The translations under genes and the position numbers were made by a program. From the human T2T-CHM13v2.0 reference genome, Homo sapiens: DNA of 64,000 nucleotides. This document shows, piece by piece, positions 55,396 through 64,000 of the stretch; positions within the stretch are counted from its first letter, which is position 1; each line of letters starts with the position of its first letter. Location: assembly GCF_009914755.1 (NCBI RefSeq), contig NC_060926.1, one strand, 5' to 3'. The notes below the pieces were generated by a model that had not been told where the DNA came from, did not search any database, and worked only from the letters and a program-made list of their open reading frames with translations.

Positions 55396-55469
55396 AAAAA
55401 CAGATTCATAGTGTAACATCCCAAAGGGTTCTGAGATCTTGCATGTTATATATGTACATATCAGATAAG
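55396..55469 (+). pseudogene. Candidate fossil exon
   Basis: TTTACCCTTCAG| acceptor, AAG|GTAATA donor; in phase with 53184 and stop-free: EKQIHSVTSQRVLRSCMLYMYISDK. Confidence 0.5.
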
Positions 55470-56024
55470 GTAATATTTAAATATAGTTCACCATTTTGTC
55501 TGTGGCAAAATCACCTCATGTCCATGTTATTGTACTTGTTTCTTTAATAATCTCCTTGCTCCTGGTTTTTATAGCTCTTCCCCATTGTGTTACATTCACA
55601 ATTACCAGATTTACCTAAGAATATTTTTTGAAATCTACAATTGTATTATCTCGGTCTTCTAGAACCTATCAGAAGTAACCCAGTTTTGTAATAGAAAATA
55701 AATACACATATGCACACATACACTACTTTCCAGGCTCTTCTGTTTCTGTTACTGCCAGCTTTCTGATTTCTCCTCCTATCCCATTAGTATAGGTGCCACC
55801 AAGGTTCTGTCCTTGTTCTCTTCTTCCACTACATTGTTGCCCTTGGTGTGCCCGTGTTTTGCCACCTCATGGGAGGACTCATCTGGAAATTCATGGAAGT
55901 AGGTGATAGGTAGCAAACCATGTCTTGGAAATTTACTAAAACCAACACTCACAACAACCAGTTACCCATAACTATTTTCAGCTCCTCATGTAGGCTTTAG
56001 CTTTCTGTCAAATTTCTCTTGTAG

Positions 56025-56210
56025 ATGTGACAAATTTGGATTTATTAACTCAGCTTTAACATCTGGATCATCACAATATATAACTTTATAAACCTAGCTT
56101 TTCAATGTCAGCCTTGAAAGTGTCATGTTTGTGACTTCTGGATATGTATTTGGAGACACAGAAAAGTAAAAGCAGAGAAGCCAGCTGATCTTACCCATCA
56201 TATAGACAAG
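56025..56210 (+). pseudogene. Fossil exon (RGS helix 5 and loop)
   Basis: AATTTCTCTTGTAG| acceptor, AAG|GTATGT donor; ..ALKVSCL*LLDMYLETQKSK(+1 A)AEKPADLTHHIDK, ending phase 0. Confidence 0.65.
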
Positions 56211-56229
56211 GTATGTTAGTAGCCCTGAC

Positions 56230-56700
56230 TAGCTAGATTGCTGTGGAAATAAAAAGACGTAGATGCACTCTGGGATTTTAAGAAGACAAATTAGCAGGAT
56301 TTGGTGATGGACTAGATTTAGAGAGATAAGGTGAGGCTCCATCAAAGATAATTCACGGTTTGCTGGCTTGTGCAAATGGGGTATAATGGCTACCCTTTCC
56401 CCCACGAAATAGAAGGCTGTCATCATCTGCTGAGAAACAGAAGTGAGGGGTCAGAAGTCGAGGACTTTGCCAGCCAGGTGACAGGAGGATGGGTACTTTA
56501 GGCAGAAGGAGCAGCATTAACAAAGGCTTGAAAGTGTGAAAATGATCAGTGTTTTCTGGAAATTTTGAATACTGTAGTGGAATTAGAACACAATAGTACA
56601 GGATGTGGAGTAGGGAAGGGCAGTATAGAGCAGTGAGTTTGGAAAAATAAGCTAAAGCCTGATTGTGTCTTGAATCCCATGCTAATTAGTTTACCTTATC
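56230..56700 (-). mobile_element. L2 remnants
   Basis: AGCAGGATTTGGTGATGGACTAGAT..GGCAGAAGGAGCAGCATTAACAAAGGCTTG. Confidence 0.65.
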
Positions 56701-57500
56701 TTTATAATTCAGCTGTTCTCAGACAGTGAGATTCATATACAGCTAACATTTTATATCCAATTGATGGACTAATAGAGTTGCCTTCTTTTATTTTGTAAAG
56801 CAATAATGAAAACCATTATCTTACTTAAAATATCAGAGAGCTCTTAAAAGACTTTATTTTTCACTTGACAATGGTGGCAAAATAAATCCTAGAGTCAATA
56901 TAGAAATTATTATAATTATCATAAGACTTTATTTTTTAATTAATGAAGAATTGCTGGAAATTAATAAACACTAGATGTCTATTTGAAAAGAGGAACTCAG
57001 AAGCTAGTTACTTAACTTCAACACCTTAGAAAAACAGCCACAAATCACCAGTCAAGTGGAGAGCTTGAGCAATGAAGATAGTAGTAACAGCATTGCTGAG
57101 CCTTACCATATGATAACATGCTTAAAAGGGCTTGGCAAATGCTGAACTTCCACTGTCCTGGAAAGAATAACTATTTATGCTTAGTAAATTGGACAAATGC
57201 TGGGTCAGTTTTTTAAAAAAAATTTCTGAATATGTCTAAGAGAGGAATGAAGTTCATGTGATAGTTTTAGAATTATAAAATTTGTAATTTTAAATGCCCA
57301 TTTCAAAATATTGATCTTCAGTGTTTATCATTATTGAGAAAGTTTTCTTATATTTTTCTTTATACATGTTTTAAAATATCCATCAGTCCTACTCTTATGG
57401 ATGATTATATATGAGACTGAATACAATATTCTGAATGATTCAAATATTCTCTTTTTTGCAATATTAACTGTTATTTTTCCTTTTCTTCCACTGTCTATAG

Positions 57501-57559
57501 TTTTCTGTTAAGGAGGTCTTTAAAAGTGCACACTCAGCATTTTCTAATTTATAAGAATT
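57501..57559 (+). pseudogene. Fossil exon (RGS helices 6-7)
   Basis: Long pyrimidine tract ending CTATAG|, donor TT|GTAAAT; phase 0-2: FSVKEVFKSAHSAFSNL*E. Confidence 0.65.
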
Positions 57560-57664
57560 GTAAATTTACAGGAATTTCAGGAATTGTACTAGAATTGACA
57601 TAACTCTAAATTATATTAAAGGAAGCTAAAGAACATATAAATCATGCCAAAAATACTTAGGATT

Positions 57665-58030
57665 GGGAGTACTGGATGCCTCAGGGAATTGGTAATTTGA
57701 TACAAAGCCTGTCACCTGTTAAAATTTATCCTGGGTCAGTAGTGACTGAAAATCATTATGACCTGACAGGTGTTCAGGATCGTGTGTAAACTGAAGTGGT
57801 GAACTCAGTATAGTTCCTATTTGACACATGTATGCATTACTGAAACCACTGCAACATTAATTGATAACTATGCTGGCAATCTTGATTGAGGTGCCAAGGA
57901 CTAACTGGCCTGAACTCTTTTCACCCCTACTAATGTGCCTTTTAAAATAGGTTCAAGTGTGCTTGTGTAGCAGAAAAGTGTGTTCGGTCCTGTTCCTCTC
58001 ACTAGATTACTTTACTCCTAAAATTGACCA
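57665..58030 (+). mobile_element. LF-SINE (LFSINE_Vert), near full length
   Basis: CTGGATGCCTCAGGGAATTGGTAAT..TACAAAGCCTGTCACCT..GGTCAGTAGTGACTGAAAATCATTA..CTGACAGGTGTTC..AGTTCCTA..GCCAAGGACT..TCACCCCTA, collinear with the LF-SINE consensus as I recall it. Confidence 0.75.
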
Positions 58031-58706
58031 TCTATATTTCCCACAGTGGCTCCCCTTATTATAACATCTTAGAGTTTTGTTTTTTTTTTTACCCCCTGGC
58101 AAAATGTTTTGTCTGTCTTTTGAATAATCAAATTAGATAAAACATTAAGTTGCAGGTACCCACAGGTATAAGCAGTTCCATTTCCCTACATTCTTTCCTT
58201 GGAATTTAATTTAGAAGCATGAATATGCTCTTAAATATACAAGAATTCACATCAATCTTAATTAAATATTACTGATTTTTTTCAATGCAGTTAATATTTG
58301 TTATTCAAAAAATTGTTGCCTTATGTACAAGCGAGTCAGAAATAAAATAAATCCACTCAACCTTTCCTAGCGGTAGCAAGTGGAGGAAAAGAGAAAGAAA
58401 AGGATTGATTCTCACTGGTATCATACAGTGAGGAGAACAACTTCTTTTTCCTTGCTAACAGATCATGATAGTATGCAAGTCTACATACATACATTTATCC
58501 CCAGCCATGCCAGCAGCAAGACTTTAGCCAGGTGGGACCATAAAAGAAACAGACCTTTAATAAGAATCTAATAATTTTTTAAATTATATATACTCTAGTG
58601 TCTCTCCAGCAAGAACATAATTGTGCTGCTTACAGATGACAGGAATGCTTTTTGTTTAGTCTTCTTTAACTAGCAAACTATTCTCCCTTTTTACAAATCC
58701 TTCCAG

Positions 58707-58772
58707 AATGCTAAGGAAAGTCTGAAAAAAACAAATCTTAAACGTGTCTGCGTATAGGCAAAAATAATGATG
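58707..58772 (+). pseudogene. Fossil exon
   Basis: TTCTCCCTTTTTACAAATCCTTCCAG| acceptor, ATG|GTATGA donor; phase 2-2: (L)MLRKV*KKQILNVSAYRQK**. Confidence 0.6.
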
Positions 58773-59372
58773 GTATGAAATTTAAATTGGTTTTCCAATA
58801 GGTGCAATAAATGTAACTATATGTCACAATTTTGCCTCATGGTTAGCAATATATCTTTGCAAAATTGCTAACCAGGGTTATGGGCATAACTTGTGAGGAT
58901 GGGACAAAACCAATTTATTTGTAGAATGAATTCATGAATTCATTAGCAATATGCATTTATAAACTGAGCAGTTCCTAGACTCGACAGTAACAAATTGGGC
59001 TGATTATAACTGAATTATTCAGTTTTGCTTTGCTGCTTTTGTATAATTATACTGGACATTCCCCAAACATTACTTTGTACTCTACCTTAATAGCTTTGGT
59101 AGTGCTGTCTTGTCTACCTGGAATCTGCTCTATTTTTTTCTTCTTTGTTCCCTATCCTTTCATCCATACCTCTCGTCTGATCAAGTAAATTCCTAACACA
59201 TCTTTCAAGGTTTAGAGTATCTGCCATTCTTTTCTAGACCTCTCACCATCTCTCCCCGCTCATATCCAGTTTCCATTATAGACAGTATTAACTTTTCTTT
59301 CTACACACTTAGCAGTCATGTTGTGCTGGTTGTACTTTATTTGTGAGCTACTCAAAAGAGACATTATGGTGT

Positions 59373-59483
59373 ATTTATGGCACATGTATACATATGTAAC
59401 AAACCTGCACGTTGTGCCCATGTACCCTAGAACTTAAAGTATAATAAAAAAAATTATATAAATAAAAAATTATAAAGTCAAAA
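59373..59483 (+). mobile_element. 5'-truncated L1PA4/5 3' end within L2
   Basis: ATGGCACATGTATACATATGTAACAAACCTGCACGTTGTG..CCCTAGAACTTAAAGT; 19-bp TSD AAAAGAGACATTATGGTGT. Confidence 0.93.
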
Positions 59484-59894
59484 AAAAGAGACATTATGGT
59501 GTGTTTAACATGTAGTAAACAAAGATGTTTATCAAGTCAATTACTAAATAAATACAGCTTAATTCTTTTCATTTTGTTGGGTTTAAATAAATGTTTTTTC
59601 ACATGCTTAGATGAGCTCTAAAAGACCTAGAGAAATATCTTAAAAGATACGTTTAAATATTTTTGCTTCTAATGAACGTACTTTTAAAATCCTGACCATA
59701 ATTTTTTTAATCAATGATGGCCTTTAAGATAGTTTTAATGATTGTTAATTTGTGTATATATGTTGAAAAATAGCTAATAGACTTAAAAAAATCAACTGTT
59801 TAGAAGTTCCTCAATTTTATCCTGTGTTCCAGGGAAAAGTAGGGCAGGATCATTTAAGGGCTGTAAGCGGCACAAGCCTAGCAGGCTACAGTGC

Positions 59895-60271
<377 letters not shown>

Positions 60272-60520
60272 TTAAAGTATTCAAAAGTAGAGAGAATAGT
60301 TTAGTGAATACCCATTGACCTATTACCCAGATTTAATGTTTATTAACCAATGGCCAGTCTTGTTTTATCTATTCCCTAACTCATTGTCCCTGCCCCCAGA
60401 TTATTTTTTAAAGGCAGGTTTATTGAGGTCTCATTTATATAAAATGTAATGTATTCATTTTAAAAATAAAGATTGAAAAGTTGGGACAAACAGTTGTATA
60501 TGTGTTCAAGATTGTGTTCA

Positions 60521-60928
<408 letters not shown>

Positions 60929-62045
60929 CCCTCATGCCACTTTGTAGTCAGTCTCTTCACCCACCCCCACCTCCTGAAAACCACTGATTTATTTTCATTC
61001 CTGGAATTTTGCCTTTTTCTAGATGTCATATAAGTTGGCTCAAAAGCCTTTTGTGTCTGGATTCTTCCACGTAAAGCTTTTGATACTCATTCATGATATT
61101 GCATGTATCAGTAATTTATTTCTTGTTGTTGTTCAGTTGTATTCCATTTTATGGATGTACCACAATTCATTTACCAGGCGATAGATAGTTAGGTTATTTC
61201 CTATGATGGTCTGTTACGAGTGAAGCAACTCTGAACATTCACAAACAGATTTTATTGTGGATGTATGTATTTATTTTTCTTGGGTAAATATCTAGGCATG
61301 GAATTGCTAGATTATGTGATGGGTGTGTTTATTATTATAAGAAACAGCCAAGCTGTTTTTCAAAGTAGTGCACTATTTCAGTGAAAAATTCAGTGCACTT
61401 CAGTCAGTGCAAAATTTTATGCTGAGAAAACTATTCAAATTTTTTAGCGTTAAATTTCTGTAAAAATTAGTTTTAAGTTACTAATAAATCTTTGATTTAA
61501 AGTACTTGGTGATTTTTATTACTCAAGGCAAAAAGATTCACTGAGGCAACTATCAAGACATATGACTGCTTACTGCTGGCAAGATCCTGGCCAGAGTTCC
61601 CTTGGATAGACTACAGTATAGCCTTGCCAACTATACGCTCCCCCAAATCACAATGTGGCTGTGAGCTATGGCACAGTACAGCTGACTTGATCTTTGCAGC
61701 ATGTTTAGATTTAGGAAAGTCAGGGCTTAAATCAGGCTGTATCTTACAAGACTGCAGATCCCAGATTTATTTTTCTGGTTAAATGAAGCTGCCTCTAAAG
61801 AAATGCACCTTCTATGTAGAGTTAAAATAGATTCTTTTTAAATTTTTAAAATATCATTGTCATTAAGGATTTTGGGAGGAAACCGTAAACAATGGCATTA
61901 TTACATTATCCTTTACCCTGGTGAAATACTTTGATTAAGCTAAGACAGGTTTTTGGTAGTATTTTTTTTTCATTAGAATTTTGAAAGGATTTAAGTCTAT
62001 GGCATATTTTCAATTTTATTAGAAAATAAAAGGTGCTTTACTTAG

Positions 62046-62180
62046 TTCTTGCTTTGGTATCCTGTAGAATAGACTCATATATCATCAACATTTCACTTTC
62101 AGCTGGCATTTATTGAGTGCCACAGTGAAGCCCTAGACTAGGTCTCTACTTAGTGTATCCCTTAAGCATAACAGATTAAG
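62046..62180 (+). pseudogene. Fossil exon (RGS helices 2-4-like; 3' end uncertain)
   Basis: GCTTTACTTAG| acceptor in phase 2 with 58772: SCFGIL*NRLIYHQHFTF, frameshift, LAFIECHSEALD*. Confidence 0.5.
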
Positions 62181-62401
62181 TTAAAACTGCTGAAATAGCT
62201 TCCCAAAAGATTAAGTTCACATCCTGCTTTAACCAGGTGCAACATTATCTAATCTGTGATGTAAATACACAGGAATTACTCTATGCTACTAACCAAATTT
62301 TGGCAATTTATAAAAGACAACATTTCTACATTATAATGTCTTTGAAATCTATAGCATAACACAATAAACCAAGGAATTCAGAGGTCTCACTTTATTTTCA
62401 G

Positions 62402-62525
62402 AGAAGGCCAAATAGCTACGTGATAATGATGCCATTCACGATTCCTAGAACTGAAAGAAAGTTCCAATGAGAGCCGAAATGGCTCAACTGCTAGGGCTCA
62501 GACATCCTTGAAGTATATCCCCTGG
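62402..62525 (+). pseudogene. Fossil exon
   Basis: CTCACTTTATTTTCAG| acceptor, TGG|GTAATC donor; pieces EKAK*L, HSRFLELK and KVPMRAEMAQLLGLRHP*SISP in shifting frames, ending phase 2. Confidence 0.5.
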
Positions 62526-62729
62526 GTAATCAGACTTGGTTTCTTGGGACTTTCTAAGACTTGATCTGATTTTTTGCCATAACTACCCAGAATAGGTAAT
62601 GAACACAGTCCCACAGTAATATTTATTTGCACCAAATGCCATAGTCATTCAGAATCTGTTTAGGATGTCCAAGAATTTAGACATAGCCTATATCTTCATT
62701 ATAGGGTTATTATAAATCTTATATTAAAG

Positions 62730-62951
62730 ATCTAAGTCAACCTGAGGCCAGGGCCAAGAATTTGTGAAAGAAATGCTATGCAGAGCTTAGAAGGAGATGT
62801 CCTTTTATTTGGACTCTAAATTTTCAAAGTATTGAGACTTTCAAAGACAAAAGCCAAGACAACTCACTTCCTAAATACAATGGTCTGGGACATTTTTAGA
62901 GTATAGACTCCATAGCCAGGGTAGGAGTACCTGCAACCAGTAATAAGCGAG
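62730..62951 (+). pseudogene. Fossil exon (RGS helices 7-9-like)
   Basis: Weak AAG| acceptor, strong GAG|GTAAGA donor; phase-2 join gives GSKST*GQGQEFVKEMLCRA*KEMSFYLDSKFSKY*DFQ (cf. AQKEI..LM..DSY.RF). Confidence 0.55.
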
Positions 62952-63088
62952 GTAAGAACAGTTTAAAAGGACTAAGAAAACCACTTGGAGCCATGTTGGC
63001 TTTGCAAGAGATAAGGCTCAGCTAATACCCAAGTTGCTCTTAAGCCAGAGTCAAGCTGCAGAGACTAATAATTCTCTTTCTTCCTTAG

Positions 63089-63240
63089 GATCCATGGTGT
63101 GATCCCATGTCTACCGGGGTTCAATTATAATAGTTGCAGATTAGGATTGAAGAGATATGTCTTTCTTTACGTTCTTTAACTGATCTCATCTTAATAAAAC
63201 TACTCCCTCTAATGATGAAAAATGCTTGAGCTTGCTGATC
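63089..63240 (+). pseudogene. Candidate downstream/terminal fossil exon
   Basis: Branch-like ACTAAT plus ATTCTCTTTCTTCCTTAG| acceptor; frame and end uncertain. Confidence 0.35.
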
Positions 63241-64000
63241 AAAGTTACGTGTTTTTACAATGAAAAATTTAGGGTTTTTTTAAATGAAAACTGTATGATT
63301 CCACCCATATGAAGTATGTAAAGTGTCCCTCCACCCCCATGTTGCTTTTAAGATAAATTTGGAGCAGAGAAGCTTTGGCATTGCAGAAGAATGATGTGGC
63401 CCTCACAGGTTTCATATTGAGATGGTTTGTTTTGCTTAATTTTAAGGGCAGTATATTCTTGTCTTGATGCATCTGCTTTAATTTAGCTGGGCTCCCTGTT
63501 GACTGAGTGTCCTACAGGGGTAGCCACTGAAATATTGCTGGCTTCACCTAATTTTTGGAAGCATTGTGCTGGCACCTGCTGTTGATGACCATGCTATTGC
63601 CCCTAGTTATGAGATCCCTGTACCTTGTCATCCACATCTAAACTTAGCAGCCAGTCCAGCAGCCTGTTCAACAAGCTGCACCCTCTTGGATACCTGGTGG
63701 TTCTTAGATACTTTCTTAGAAACCATCTGGAGAGGTCAGGATCTAGTGTAGATGCCCTTAGTCTAGGCATTCTCATCATTGCTACTCAATCACTCTGGCA
63801 CCATATTAGATATAAGACTATGTCTAGCAGAGGAATTCTCGTAGAGCTTTCTGACTCTCCACATTACACTAGAATCAGGGCACCATCCTCAATAATCTTT
63901 GATTTGCTCAGAGTTGTTTGGGTTTTCTTCTCTAACTCTCTCCCTCAGCCAAGTTTGATCCCCCAAAAGGGAGCAAGGACACCTTATAACATTTTTCACT

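Noticed and set aside
58925-58944. 20-bp palindrome AATGAATTCATGAATTCATT (and GTGTGTGTTTATAAACACACAC near 55159)
   Set aside because: Short, AT-rich or low-complexity; no associated structure.
59895-59922. Long A-run 5' of an Alu suggesting a separate retrocopy
   Set aside because: Probably an expanded A-rich target-site copy; no recognisable element body upstream.
63300-64000. Possible ancient ERVL/MaLR internal fragment
   Set aside because: Too degenerate to assign by eye.

Overview
Primate (human-like) AT-rich genomic DNA dominated by interspersed repeats. There are four 5'-intact minus-strand L1s (L1PA4-6-like, L1PA16/17-like, L1PB1-like, L1MA-like), about 17 Alus, LTR elements (MER11C, THE1A, LTR8, LTR12, a two-LTR THE1D, MSTC, LTR16, MLT1), MER47A/MER58A, L2/MIR and a rare LF-SINE. 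No intact host protein-coding gene is visible, and the ORF track is almost entirely repeat-derived. The main find lies in the unique islands: about 17 plus-strand, AG/GT-bounded segments from 2.75 kb to 63.2 kb. Spliced, they repeatedly give RGS-domain-like motifs (e.g. NIYFWLQA, YGSLLFSDFI, DVSLDQAVWLECTWNL, AEKPADL..AFSNL*ELML, RA*KEMSFYLDSKF), often in compatible phase but riddled with stops and frameshifts. I infer a long-dead, intron-containing multi-RGS-domain gene with RGS22/RGSL1-like architecture. Also present: an inversion with a ~470-bp inverted duplication, two local templated duplications, a 61-nt retroposed hairpin RNA with a 17-bp TSD, and a CTCF/octamer site. Repeat family names and RGS consensus comparisons come from memory and hand alignment, not database searches.
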